Positions 42,801-52,118 are shown, numbered from the stretch's first letter. The stretch is DNA of 64,000 bases from Acidobacteriota bacterium (GCA_021789895.1 JAJYIU010000019.1:2523-66522), one strand, 5' to 3'. Notes: generated from the sequence alone by a model not told the origin. Numbers and translations: made by a program.

Positions 42801-43229
42801 CTCGCGCGCGGGCGGAAATTGAACGCCCAGCTACTACAGGTCGAAGATCAACTGCTCCAGCCCGAGTTGGCTTGGGACGATCTCAAATCCTACATGGCGC
42901 CGATGAAGCTCTATTCCAAGCTGATCTGGCTTTACGGCGAAGCCGGCAGCGGCGTCGGCGATGTCGCCGGCAATCCCGATTTCCCGCCCACCACCCAGGA
43001 AATCGCGGTCGCCGCCCGGCTGCATCGCCAGTTGGAAACGGCCCTGGCCGGCTATCATACCGTGCTGGCGCGCGACATCCCGGCTTATAACCAGGCGCTG
43101 GCGGCGCGGCAGGTGCTCAATCTGGTCGTGCTCAACGCGCGGCGCCTGCGCCCGCAAATCGCGCAGTCGGCGGCGAAGCATCCGCCGGCCGCCAAGCCCA
43201 AGCCGCGCAAATCCGCCCGCCGGAAGTAG
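39840..43229 (+). CDS. BNR/Asp-box repeat (sortilin/VPS10-like) glycosidase-family protein, secreted
   Basis: 1129 aa. Repeated SxDxGxTW boxes: STDGGIHW, STDGGETW, TLDGGAHW, SHDAGATW, SGDGGKSW, TTDGGQSW, SRDDGRHW, TADFGQSW. Confidence 0.85.
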   Translation: MPIFRLHPQVAGHLSLLAQSGSRRPSRTALALAPFALWALLAAKPTAKPAAAKSAKPALPWYHALQFRYIGPPGNRVSAVTGVPGNWNVYFAGAASGGVWKSTDGGIHWRPVFDQEPAQSIGSIAIAPEDHNLVWVGTGEPFIRSNVSIGNGIYKSTDGGETWKHMGLEKSGRISRIVIDPRHPQRVFACAMGTLYGPQQTRGVFRTLDGGAHWQRVLFAGPDAGCSDLAMDSQNPRVLLAGTWQMVIHTWGKYSGGPQSGLFISHDAGATWQRLQGRGLPPAPWGKIAVGIAPSDGRVMYALIENSDPGKYGMLFRSGDGGKSWRAASYQRVLDERPDYTTRFAIAPDNPNEVVVASNYVSLSYDGGVTSRIVYWGGDTHDVWFDATDARRIMIGDDGGVNISTNRGRGWHRVSLPNAQIYHVATDDRIPYYVYGNEQDNESVRGPSDSRGYFIPSGLWQTTAGCESGFSYPEPSNPNIVWGSCYGGYFARYDLRTQQTRAVSPWPSEILDSPANAVRYRWNWTPPLLISPWQPHTVYVGSQYVHVTTDGGQSWKVISPDLTRDQKKRMGPSGGLWPDNLGVEYWGTLFALAGSPRQPGLLWAGSNDGLVHISRDDGRHWQDVTAHIPGIPKYGTISSIFPSPYSAGAAYIAVNAHQVNNRNPYIFKTADFGQSWKKITRGIPPGVFSYVHIVIEDPVRRGLLYAGTENGLYVSFNDGGDWQPLQDNLPHAPVSWLTVQPRFDDLVVATKGRGIWILDDLAPLQQATTAVLAGPLQLFHSRPAYRFRKIGTIRDTGDDIAAGRDPRYGADINFFLHAAPPAKAKSSVEILDRRGRLVRRLKLRGLHPGLNRVWWDLRYAKPLAVALRTTPRAMPRLWYEQRFWYKHTRTIYHWGMREAERGPLAEPGVYTVKLNIAGQNQTGTVTVLKDPHSAGTLSDIHQDVQFLLALRRDLNSTARTINQIEQLRVQLQQQAVLLKSNASMAWMLARGRKLNAQLLQVEDQLLQPELAWDDLKSYMAPMKLYSKLIWLYGEAGSGVGDVAGNPDFPPTTQEIAVAARLHRQLETALAGYHTVLARDIPAYNQALAARQVLNLVVLNARRLRPQIAQSAAKHPPAAKPKPRKSARRK

Positions 43230-43509
43230 ATCAGCCGGCGATCGGCGGCATGACCTGGCGTAAAGCGGGCATCGCTCGGCTAAACGCCATCATTGCTAAA
43301 AGCACCCATCCGGCCTTGCCGGTTAGGCATTGCCGTGGAATGTTGCAGTCAGCACTGTTAAATGACTGGCAAGTAATCAGTTAAGACCAATTCTTGGGTA
43401 TTAGCTGTAGTAATTTTTCAGCCGCTGGCAGCATTTGGCGTTAATTTTTCCCGCGGAATGGCGCGAACTCCAGCCGCCGCCGGTGCGTATTAGTCTTCAG
43501 GAGGGCAAC

Positions 43510-44292
43510 ATGCATTTTCGCCGCATTGCGATCTGGCTGGCGCTCTTTTCCCTGCCCCTGGCGGCAAAAACCTGGTCGCGAACATTCGCCGTGCACGGCC
43601 AGCCGGCGCTGCATGTCAGCACCGACAATGCCGCGATCACGGTGCAGGCCTGGAGCCGCGCCGAAGTGCAGGTCCAGGTGGTGAGCCGCGCCTGGGGCTC
43701 GTCCTCCGATCAATTCAACGCCGAGGCAAGCCAGAGCGGAAACCTGATTTCGGTGCTGGTGCGGACCCCGCATCATTTCTTCTCCTTCGGCGGAGAATCC
43801 ATACACATTACGGTCGAAACCCCCTCGCCGGCGCGCCTGGCGCTGCACTCCAGCAATGGGGCCATCCATGTCATGGATGTCGCCGGCGAACTCGAACTCT
43901 CCACCTCCAATGGCAGCATCCATGCCCGCCATGCCGGCGGTGAAGTGCGCGCGACCAGCAGCAACGGCAGCGTGCATCTGGATGGCCGCATTCAAACTTT
44001 GCTGGCGCGCACCAGCAACGGTTCGATCCACATCGTCGCCCAGCCGGGTTCGAGCGTCTCCAGCCGCTGGACGCTGACCAGCGGCAACGGCTCCATTCAT
44101 CTGCAGCTCCCGTCCGATCTGTCGGCCCAGGTGGAAGCGCATACGGGGTTAGGCAGCATCCATTGCGGCCTGCCGCTGCATGGCTCGCAGGCCGTAGGCC
44201 ATATCGGCCGGCACGAGCTGCATGGCACCTTGAATCGGGGCGGGCCGGTGATTGCCCTGAGATCCGGCAACGGCTCTATTAGTATCAATTGA
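43510..44292 (+). CDS. DUF4097-type putative adhesin (beta-helical repeats), secreted
   Basis: ORF 43435.., start moved to ATG 43510 (SD GGAGGG, signal MHFRRIAIWLALFSLPLAA). Repeats SNGAIHV, SNGSIHA, SNGSVHL, SNGSIHI, GNGSIHL, GNGSISI. Confidence 0.8.
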   Translation: MHFRRIAIWLALFSLPLAAKTWSRTFAVHGQPALHVSTDNAAITVQAWSRAEVQVQVVSRAWGSSSDQFNAEASQSGNLISVLVRTPHHFFSFGGESIHITVETPSPARLALHSSNGAIHVMDVAGELELSTSNGSIHARHAGGEVRATSSNGSVHLDGRIQTLLARTSNGSIHIVAQPGSSVSSRWTLTSGNGSIHLQLPSDLSAQVEAHTGLGSIHCGLPLHGSQAVGHIGRHELHGTLNRGGPVIALRSGNGSISIN

Positions 44293-47209
44293 AGCCGTTC
44301 GGTGATTGGAATCGCCACTCGATGCGGCGCCGGCAGGTGGCCGCGCCGGGGATGGGCCGCACCTCCGCCGCCGCAATGCCGGCGAGCGAACGGCGATAGG
44401 GCAGCAGCAGCCACAATTCATTCTCCCCGCCAAAATGCAGCCACGGCTCGGGCATATAAAAGTCATGCTGCGGGCCGATGGCGGCGTAGCGGCCGATGAA
44501 TTTGCGGTTGACGTAGATCAGGGCGTCGCTGCCGGCTTCCAGATGCAGCTCCCAAGGCAGAAACCAGTCCGGCGTCGCCGGCAGGCGGAAACTTCGCCGC
44601 GCCCATAGCATTGCGGCTTCCAACCGTGTCAACGGTTCCGGCGCGGCCGCCGGCGCCGGCCAGCGCGAATAATCGAACGCCTCGCGCAGATCGCGCCCGC
44701 GCGATGCGTCATCCAGATTGGCGGGAAAGCGCTGCAGCCGCCAGGAGGATATCCGCTTGGATTCGCCAGAGCGCATGAGCGCGCCCGATTTCAATCCCTT
44801 CAAGTCGGCGATGTGCCGGCCGAAATTGTGCGCGCCAAACATTTCGTAGCAGACTACGATGCGATTGGAGCCAGCCACCAGATGCGGCGCCGCATTGTAG
44901 TTGGCGCCGGCTCCGGAACGCGATGTCTCGCGCGCATGCCGGCCGTTGATGAACACCCGCCAGGCGCTCTGCGCGGAATGCATTTCCAGTTGCAGCAATG
45001 CCAGCGTCCGCGGCGCGGCCGGTTGCGCCTGCAGGCGGGTTTCGTAAACGACATAGCCATACGGCAGCCGCCCGAAATGCTGCAACGGCGGCAGCTCCGG
45101 ACCTTGCAATTCCGGGCTGTCGGCCGGAGATGCCGCCAGCGGCTGCAGATGCAGTTGCCAGCCGGCCGGGCTTTCCGCCGGGTTCGCATCCGCCGGCGTT
45201 AAGCGTATGGCTGCAGCCGGCGCGGCGGGAATCGAGAGCTCCAAACGCGCCAGCTTGCGGCGGGCGCCGAATCGGAACGGCTGCGGCCGGCCCTGCACGC
45301 GGCATGCGGTGGGGGTTTGCGGCAAGGCGACCTGCAATCGCCGCCGGCCGGGGCTCAACTGCACCTCCGCCCAGGCGGACTGGCCATCGCCGCCGGAGGC
45401 CTCGAGCAGCGCCACCTCGCCCAGCCAAAGCAGTTTATCCGCCCCGGCCCCAGCCTTTTTTGCATTCGCCGGGCTGATCCACAAACGCCCCGCTTGCGGC
45501 CGCGGCAGGAGAAATACCTGAAGCTCCGCTTCAGGCTTCGGCCAGCTCAGCAGGAGCGACCGCGCGCGATTGCCGAAGCGAGATTCCAGGCGCACGGCTT
45601 TGCCGCTTTGATTCCAAACTGCGCCGGCGGTTGGACGCGGCGGCTGAGAAGCGGCAAACATCGCCTCGACCGCTTCGCCCGGCTCGCCCGCCAGCACCAC
45701 TATTTCCCTGCCCCCGCTGCGCTCGGCGGCGATGACTTCGGCCGTCGCGTTGAACAAATGACGGCCATTCAAGTTCCAGTCGAACGGCAGCAGGCGCGCG
45801 GCACGCGCCGGCACAAAAATCTCCCCCCGGGCGGGAAAGCGCCGGGGCGCGAAATCGCCGTATTGCAGCGCGAGGCGCTGCGGCCGGCCGCGCAGTTCCT
45901 GCAGAAACAAAAAGCCCGCGCCCGATGGCTCATGCACACGCTGGGTGACGGCGACTCCGGAATGAAGATGGTCGGGGGCAAACGCGCCGATTCCATTGAA
46001 AATTTCCGACCGCGCCAGCTTTTCACCCGCCAGCGCCAGGATCATGCCCACTTCGCGCAGGGCGTAGTACTTTTCCCAAAGCCAGCCGCCTTCGCGCACC
46101 GGGGCGGCGTAGTCGTAGGTCGAAGTCAGGTCCTGGGCGGCCCAGTTGAAGTTGGAGCCGCCGTGGCCCATGTAGTAGTTGAGATAGGTCACGCCCTGGG
46201 CGAGCACCAGCCGCGTGAGCGAGGCCAACTGCTCCGGCCCGATCCCCGGCTGCTCGATCGAAAGCCGGCCGCCGACCTGGGCAAACCAGCCGCCCTGCAG
46301 TTCGGCCACGGCCAGCGGCGCATTGGGCACCTGGCGGCGCAACTGCTGCAGCGGCGCCAGCACGCTTTTCAGGTCCCAGCGCGGATAAAAGTCGCAGCTA
46401 TCGAACAGCCGCGCCATGACCGGATTCTTGCGCTCCCGCACCTGCTTGCCCCAGTTGGTGAACAGCGGCACCTGAATGCCCGCATCCCAGGCCATGCCGG
46501 CCAGCGCGGTGAGATAGGCGAGTTTTTCCGCGTCCGGCAGCGGCCAGAAATCGTATTCGTTTTCGATCTGCATCAACACGATCGGACCGCCGGCGGAAAT
46601 CTGGCGGCGGCGGATGACGGGCAGCACGTGGTTGAACCACTCTTGCGAAGTGGCCACGCTGCGCGGATCGGGGCTGCGCAGAGGAAACCGCTGGGCGACG
46701 ATCCAGGCGGGAAAACCGCCGGTGGCCCATTCGGCGCAGATATACGGACCCGGGCGGGCGATCATGTACATCCCCATTTCGCCCACCAATCGGCAATAGG
46801 CGTCGAACTCTTCCAGATCGAACTGGCCGGGGACGAGCTCGTGGTAATTCCAGAAAACCACCGTCTCGATGGTGTTCACGCCGGCGGCGCGCAGTTTGAG
46901 CAGCCGGTCGCGCCACAACTCGCGCGGAACGCGGGGGTAATGCATGGAAGCGCCGAACAGCAGCCGGTCGCGCCCGGCAATGGTGAAGCAATGCGCGTCG
47001 TAGCGCACCGGGCCGGACGGCGGCGGCAGGAGGTGGCAACCGCAGGGTTTGGCCGGTTTCTGCCGCGCCGGCGGCAGCCACAGCCAGCCGCCGCCGGGCA
47101 GCGCCAGCGGCGCCAGCGCCGCCTGCCGCAGAAAACGGCGCCGCGTCGGCGGCAGGTTACTTGGGGAAAGATCGAACGCAATCGTTGGCGACGGTTTTTC
47201 AGGCGGCAT
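44285..47209 (-). CDS. GH35 beta-galactosidase with Tat signal
   Basis: TRRRFLRQAALAPLAL (Tat). HYPRVPRELWRDRLLKLRAAGVNTIETVVFWNYHE, GPYICAEWATGGFPAW, QIENEY. Confidence 0.92.
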   Translation of the reverse strand: MPPEKPSPTIAFDLSPSNLPPTRRRFLRQAALAPLALPGGGWLWLPPARQKPAKPCGCHLLPPPSGPVRYDAHCFTIAGRDRLLFGASMHYPRVPRELWRDRLLKLRAAGVNTIETVVFWNYHELVPGQFDLEEFDAYCRLVGEMGMYMIARPGPYICAEWATGGFPAWIVAQRFPLRSPDPRSVATSQEWFNHVLPVIRRRQISAGGPIVLMQIENEYDFWPLPDAEKLAYLTALAGMAWDAGIQVPLFTNWGKQVRERKNPVMARLFDSCDFYPRWDLKSVLAPLQQLRRQVPNAPLAVAELQGGWFAQVGGRLSIEQPGIGPEQLASLTRLVLAQGVTYLNYYMGHGGSNFNWAAQDLTSTYDYAAPVREGGWLWEKYYALREVGMILALAGEKLARSEIFNGIGAFAPDHLHSGVAVTQRVHEPSGAGFLFLQELRGRPQRLALQYGDFAPRRFPARGEIFVPARAARLLPFDWNLNGRHLFNATAEVIAAERSGGREIVVLAGEPGEAVEAMFAASQPPRPTAGAVWNQSGKAVRLESRFGNRARSLLLSWPKPEAELQVFLLPRPQAGRLWISPANAKKAGAGADKLLWLGEVALLEASGGDGQSAWAEVQLSPGRRRLQVALPQTPTACRVQGRPQPFRFGARRKLARLELSIPAAPAAAIRLTPADANPAESPAGWQLHLQPLAASPADSPELQGPELPPLQHFGRLPYGYVVYETRLQAQPAAPRTLALLQLEMHSAQSAWRVFINGRHARETSRSGAGANYNAAPHLVAGSNRIVVCYEMFGAHNFGRHIADLKGLKSGALMRSGESKRISSWRLQRFPANLDDASRGRDLREAFDYSRWPAPAAAPEPLTRLEAAMLWARRSFRLPATPDWFLPWELHLEAGSDALIYVNRKFIGRYAAIGPQHDFYMPEPWLHFGGENELWLLLPYRRSLAGIAAAEVRPIPGAATCRRRIEWRFQSPNGFN

Positions 47210-47358
47210 GGTGGGAGCGCGCGCGGGCGCTCCCCAGCATTGTACGCGAGCCGGCTGCGGGGGCTGCGGCAGCCGGGCTTCCCAGATCTGGAGCAGAGTG
47301 GGCCGTCGGGGCGCCGATTCTGGGTATAATTAAATCTCTTTTATAGGAATTCCCGCGC

Positions 47359-48549
47359 ATGAAAACCTTGCCAGACCTACACCTGGCGGAGGCTATGAGC
47401 CGCCTGGGCACGGAAGGCGCCTTCGAAGTGCTGGCGCGCGCCCGCCAGCTCGAAGCCGCCGGTAAGTCCATCATTCATTTGGAGATCGGAGAACCGGACT
47501 TTCCGACCCCGGCCCCCATACAAGCGGCTGCGGCCCAGGCCCTCGCCGACGGCTACACCCATTACACTCCGGCGCAGGGGCTGCCGGCGCTGCGGGAAGC
47601 GGTGGCCGAATACGTGAGCCGCACCCGCCGGATTGCGGTCGAGCCGGAGGAAGTCGTCATCGCTCCCGGGCTGAAACCGATTCTCTATATCGTCATGACG
47701 GCGCTGCTCGAGCCCGGCGACGAAGTCATCTATCCCGATCCCGGCTTCCCGATTTACGAATCGCTAACCCATTTTCTGGGAGCGAAAGCGGTTCCGGTGC
47801 AACTGCGCGAAGAGGCCAGCTTTGCCATGACCGCCGAAGACGTCGCCGCCGCGCTGACCCCGCGCACGCGCATGCTGATTCTGAACTCACCGCACAACCC
47901 CACCGGCGGCGTGCTGCCGCGCGACGAAGTGCAGCGGCTGGCGCGCCTGCTGGCCGAGCGCGACGTGGTGGTATTTTCCGACGAAGCTTACAGCCGGATC
48001 GTTTTCGAGGGCGAGCACCATTCGCTGATTTCCGAGCCGGGCATGCGGGAATGCACGGTGCTGCTGGACGGCTTTTCCAAGACCTATGCCATGACCGGCT
48101 GGCGGCTGGGCTACGGGGTGATGCCGAAAGCGCTGGCGCAGGCCGCGACCCGGCTGATGATCAACATAAATTCCTGCACCGCCGCGTTTACGCAAATGGC
48201 GGGGGTGGAGGCGCTGCGCGGCGATCAATCGGCGGTGGAAGCGATGGTGGGCGAGTTCCGGCGCCGGCGCGACGCCTGCCTGGCCGGGATACAAACCATT
48301 CCCGGCTTCCGCTGCCGCCCGCCGCACGGCGCGTTTTACCTGTTCCCGAACATCGAAGGCACCGGCTACGGCGCGCGCGAGCTGCAGCAGGCGCTGCTGC
48401 AGGAGGCCGGGGTCGCGGTGCTGGCGGGCACGGCGTTCGGGGCCAACGGCGAAGGCTTCCTGCGCATTTCGGTGGCCAACTCGCTGGAGAATATCGAACA
48501 GGCCATCGAGCGCATACGCAATTGGATCGCCGCCCATCCGCGAAAGTAA
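47359..48549 (+). CDS. Class I/II PLP-dependent (aspartate-type) aminotransferase
   Basis: IIHLEIGEPDFPTP, NSPHNPTGG, SKTYAMTGWRLGY (PLP Lys), LRISVANS. Confidence 0.92.
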   Translation: MKTLPDLHLAEAMSRLGTEGAFEVLARARQLEAAGKSIIHLEIGEPDFPTPAPIQAAAAQALADGYTHYTPAQGLPALREAVAEYVSRTRRIAVEPEEVVIAPGLKPILYIVMTALLEPGDEVIYPDPGFPIYESLTHFLGAKAVPVQLREEASFAMTAEDVAAALTPRTRMLILNSPHNPTGGVLPRDEVQRLARLLAERDVVVFSDEAYSRIVFEGEHHSLISEPGMRECTVLLDGFSKTYAMTGWRLGYGVMPKALAQAATRLMININSCTAAFTQMAGVEALRGDQSAVEAMVGEFRRRRDACLAGIQTIPGFRCRPPHGAFYLFPNIEGTGYGARELQQALLQEAGVAVLAGTAFGANGEGFLRISVANSLENIEQAIERIRNWIAAHPRK

Positions 48550-48563
48550 GCGGCGCCGCATGA

Positions 48564-48902
48564 GATGCTGGGCGAAGCGATAAGCATCGCTGGGCTTCGT
48601 TGTTTTTTCATGCTTTAAGCAAAACCTGCGGTTTTGCTATTGGCTCGGCAATCCTCATGTACGTCCATGTACACCAGGTCGCCTCGCGGCATTGCTAAAA
48701 GCAATTTCTGCGAAATTGCTATTGCGCCTCGCTCTGCTCGCGACTTCTCCTTTCGCAAAACCTTCGGTTTTGCTTGGCTTCGCCTTGACGTTACTGAATC
48801 GCGGAGGGTCGGGACCTGACAGGAAACCCCGACCTTCCCACTCGACCTCGGCATATCTAACTCCCATCGGTGGACTTGTGGACCGCCGCTATTTGCTGCC
48901 GG
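48564..48902 (+). repeat. Dispersed structured repeat, long copy (A)
   Basis: Blocks gatgctgggcgaagcgataagcatcgc, gctcggcaatcctcatgtac-tccatgtacac, cctcgctctgctcgc and ttactgaatcgcggagggtcgggacctgacaggaaaccccgaccttcccactcgacctcggcatatctaactcccatcggtggact are shared with 63305..63550. Copy A has three extra hairpin modules. Confidence 0.85.
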
Positions 48903-48965
48903 CGCCAACCGCGCCGGAAAACCGGTTTCGCTGAAACCGCAGGCGCCGGGGTTTACCCTGGAAAC

Positions 48966-51900
48966 ATGAGCGATCAGCGGCGCACGGCGGCCGGCCCAAC
49001 GCCGTTGGAGGAACTGGCCGGGCAGTTGCGCAGCCAGATAGCCGGCGAGGTGCGGACCGGGCTTGGCGACCGGGCGCTGTATTCCACCGACGCCTCGAAT
49101 TACCAGCGTTATCCGGTGGCGATCGTCACGCCGCGAACGGCGAGCGACGTGGAAGCCACGCTGGCGTGGGCGCGGCGCTACGGCTATCCCATCCTGCCAC
49201 GCGGCTGCGGCACCAGCCTCGCCGGGCAGGGATGCAACGCCGCGGTGGTGCTGGATTTCTCGCGGCACATGCGGCGCATTCTCGATCTGAATGCGGGACG
49301 CCGCCGGGCGCGGGTCGAGCCGGGGGTGATCTGCGATCAATTGCGCGATGCGGCGGCGGCGCACGGGCTGACCTTCGCGCCCGATCCGGCGACGCATTCG
49401 CACTGCACGCTGGGCGGCATGATCGGCAACAACGCCTGCGGCGCGCATTCGGTGATGGGCGGCAAGACGGTGGATAACGTCGAGGCGCTGGAGATTCTGA
49501 CCGCGGATGGGCTGCGGATGCGGGTCGGGCCCATGAGCGAAGACCTGCTGGACGCCGCCATCGCCGCCGGCGGAAGGACCGGAGCCATCTATGCCCGGCT
49601 GCGGAATTTGCGCGACCGCTATGCGGCGCTGATCCGGGCGCGATTTCCACGCATTCCGCGGCGGGTTTCCGGCTTCAACCTGGACGAATTGCTGCCGGAA
49701 AACGGCTTTCACCTGGCCCGCGCGCTGGTGGGCAGCGAAGGCGCCTGCGTGACCGTGCTGGACGCGGTGGTGCGGCTGCTGCCCTTCCCGGCGGCGCGCT
49801 CGCTCGCGGTAATCGGCTTCGAAAACGTCTATGCGGCCGCGGCCGCCGTGCCGGCCTTGCTCGAGCACCAGCCGCTGGCGCTGGAAGGCTTCGACGACGA
49901 GCTGGCGCAGAACGTGCGCAAGCGGGGCCAGGGGGCGAAATTGGGCGTGCTGCCGGCGGGCGCGGGCTGGCTGCTGGTGGAGTTGGGCGGCGAGACCTTG
50001 GCGGAAGCCGAAGAGCGGGCGCAGCGGCTGGCGAACACGATGGAGGGCCGCGCCGTGCGGGGGATACGCGTGTACAGCGATGCACCGCGGCAGCAGCGGG
50101 TGTGGGAAATTCGCGAATCCGGGCTGGGCGCGTCGGCCCGCGTGCCGGGCGAGCCGGATACCTGGCCGGGCTGGGAAGATTCGGCGGTAGCGCCGGAAAA
50201 GCTTCCCGAATACCTGCGCGAGCTGGCGGCGCTAAAGCAAGAATTCGGCTATAAAGGCGCGCTTTATGGGCACTTCGGCCAGGGATGCGTACACAGCCGC
50301 ATGAGCTTCCGCTTCCATACGCAGGCGGAAGTGGCGCAATTTCGCCGGTTCATGGAAAGCGCCGCCGACCTGGCGGTGCGCTATGGCGGCTCGCTTTCGG
50401 GCGAGCATGGCGACGGGCAGGCGCGCGGCGAGCTGCTGGAACGCATGTACGGGCGCGAGTTGGTGGAAGCGTTTGCTGAATTCAAGGCGATTTGGGACCC
50501 GGAAGGCGCCATGAACCCGGGGATGGTGGCGCATCCCTACCGCCTGGACGAGGATTTGCGTTTTGGGCCGGGTTTCCAGCCGATGCAAGCGGCCACGCGG
50601 ATGCATTTTCCGGAAGATCAGGACCAGTTCGCGCGCGCGGTGGCGCGCTGCGTCGGGGTGGGCAAATGCCGGCGGCCGGATACGGGCGCCATGTGCCCCA
50701 GCTACCAGGCGACGCAGGAGGAGCGGCACTCAACCCGGGGGCGGGCGCGGCTGCTGCTGGAAATGCTGCAGCCGGGACGGCTGGAAGGCGCCGGCTGGCG
50801 CAGCGAGGAAGTACGCGATGCCTTGGATTTGTGCCTGGCCTGCAAAGCCTGCAAGAGCGAATGCCCGACGCAAGTGGACATGGCCGCGTATAAGGCGGAG
50901 TTTCTGTCGCGCTATTATGCCGGACGCCGGCGGCCGCTGCCAGCGTATTTATTCGGCTGGGTGGATCAATGGGCGCGGCTGGGCAGTCTGGCCCCGGGCA
51001 TGGTCAACCGCCTGCTGCGGTCGCCGACGCTCGGCCCGGCGCTAAAGCATCTGGCCGGGGTGGCGGCCGAACGCAGGCCGCCGCAATTGGCCCGGCAGAG
51101 CCTGCAGGCTGGATTGCAAGCGGAAAAATCTAGGCGGCGGGCGGCGCAAGGCGAGATCGAACGGCAGGCGGAAGGCTCGCCGGGCGGCGAAGAAACACAT
51201 GCGCGCGAAGTGATCCTTTGGCCGGACACGTTCACCAACTATTTCGAGCCGGGGATTGGAATGGCAGCCAAACAAGCGCTGGAATCGCTGGGCTGGCGGG
51301 TGCGGGTGCCCAAGGGCCACCTTTGCTGCGGGCGCCCGCTGTACGACTATGGCTGGCTGGCGCCGGCGCGGCTGCGATTGCAGAAAATTCTGGAGCGGCT
51401 GCGCCCGGCAATCGAACGGGAACTGCCGCTGATCGTGCTCGAGCCCAGTTGTCTATCGGTTTTCAAAGACGAGCTGCTGCGATTTTTCCCCGACCATGAG
51501 CCGGCGCGGCGGCTCAGCCGGCAGGCGATGAGCCTGGGCGAATTCTGCCTGCGGCAGCGCTTGGATCTGGATTTCGAGCGTTACCGACGCAACCCGGGCG
51601 GCGCGGCCGCGCCGCGCCGGCGGGCGCTGGTGCACACGCACTGCCACGCCAAGGCCGGCGGCGCCGCCGCGGAGCAGCGCTGCCTGGCGGCGCTGGGCTT
51701 GGAAGTGGCGGAAATGCAAACCGGCTGCTGCGGCATGGCGGGCGGCTTCGGCTTCGAACGCAGCCATTTTGCAGTTTCGCAGACCGTGGCAGCACAGCGG
51801 CTGCTGCCCGCGGTCGAAGCCGCGGAAGCCGGCACACTGCTGGTGAGCGACGGCTTCAGTTGCCGGCAACAGGTGGCGCAGAATCTGCCGCGCCGGATGC

Positions 51901-52118
51901 TGCACACCGCCGAGGCCATTGATTTACGGCTGCGGGAACTGCGCGGCGAGCGCCTGGCCGAGCCCTACCCGGAAACTTCGGCGGACACGGCGCGGAATCA
52001 GGATGGAGGCCGCCGGCCGAAGCGGCGGGCGTGGCTGCCGCTGGCGCTGGCCGGCATCGGCTTGGGGGCGGCCATCGCACTCTGCCTGTTGAACGGAAAC
52101 GACGATTCTAAAAAATAA
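48966..52118 (+). CDS. FAD-linked oxidase fused to Fe-S/CCG (GlcD-GlcF-like) domains, C-terminal TM anchor
   Basis: ORF 48870.., start moved to ATG 48966 (MSDQRR), outside the repeat. FAD-binding PCMH region. CLACKACKSECP (4Fe-4S). CCGMAGGFG (CCG). C-terminus WLPLALAGIGLGAAIALCLL. Confidence 0.88.
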   Translation: MSDQRRTAAGPTPLEELAGQLRSQIAGEVRTGLGDRALYSTDASNYQRYPVAIVTPRTASDVEATLAWARRYGYPILPRGCGTSLAGQGCNAAVVLDFSRHMRRILDLNAGRRRARVEPGVICDQLRDAAAAHGLTFAPDPATHSHCTLGGMIGNNACGAHSVMGGKTVDNVEALEILTADGLRMRVGPMSEDLLDAAIAAGGRTGAIYARLRNLRDRYAALIRARFPRIPRRVSGFNLDELLPENGFHLARALVGSEGACVTVLDAVVRLLPFPAARSLAVIGFENVYAAAAAVPALLEHQPLALEGFDDELAQNVRKRGQGAKLGVLPAGAGWLLVELGGETLAEAEERAQRLANTMEGRAVRGIRVYSDAPRQQRVWEIRESGLGASARVPGEPDTWPGWEDSAVAPEKLPEYLRELAALKQEFGYKGALYGHFGQGCVHSRMSFRFHTQAEVAQFRRFMESAADLAVRYGGSLSGEHGDGQARGELLERMYGRELVEAFAEFKAIWDPEGAMNPGMVAHPYRLDEDLRFGPGFQPMQAATRMHFPEDQDQFARAVARCVGVGKCRRPDTGAMCPSYQATQEERHSTRGRARLLLEMLQPGRLEGAGWRSEEVRDALDLCLACKACKSECPTQVDMAAYKAEFLSRYYAGRRRPLPAYLFGWVDQWARLGSLAPGMVNRLLRSPTLGPALKHLAGVAAERRPPQLARQSLQAGLQAEKSRRRAAQGEIERQAEGSPGGEETHAREVILWPDTFTNYFEPGIGMAAKQALESLGWRVRVPKGHLCCGRPLYDYGWLAPARLRLQKILERLRPAIERELPLIVLEPSCLSVFKDELLRFFPDHEPARRLSRQAMSLGEFCLRQRLDLDFERYRRNPGGAAAPRRRALVHTHCHAKAGGAAAEQRCLAALGLEVAEMQTGCCGMAGGFGFERSHFAVSQTVAAQRLLPAVEAAEAGTLLVSDGFSCRQQVAQNLPRRMLHTAEAIDLRLRELRGERLAEPYPETSADTARNQDGGRRPKRRAWLPLALAGIGLGAAIALCLLNGNDDSKK

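Noticed and set aside
43426-43440. Sigma-54-like TGGCAG-N-TTTGGC upstream of the DUF4097 gene
   Set aside because: The GG-to-GC spacing is off by one and the -12 element is not TTGC. A site at 57572 (TGGCACGCATTTATGC) has the same defect and lies inside a gene.
45317-47329. 670-aa ORF antisense to the GH35 gene. Similar long shadows occur at 30917-32353, 17852-19192, 52917-53933, 54235-55350, 56496-57503 and 57888-58928.
   Set aside because: All are Arg/Ala/Pro/Gly-rich, lack motifs, and mirror confidently assigned genes.
48615-49868. 417-aa minus-strand ORF spanning repeat copy A and the start of the oxidase gene
   Set aside because: Its N-terminal part is antisense to the FAD oxidase gene. 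The segment HRWELDMPRSSGKVGVSCQVPTLRDSVT recurs in ORF 63140-63901 only because both read through the same non-coding repeat.
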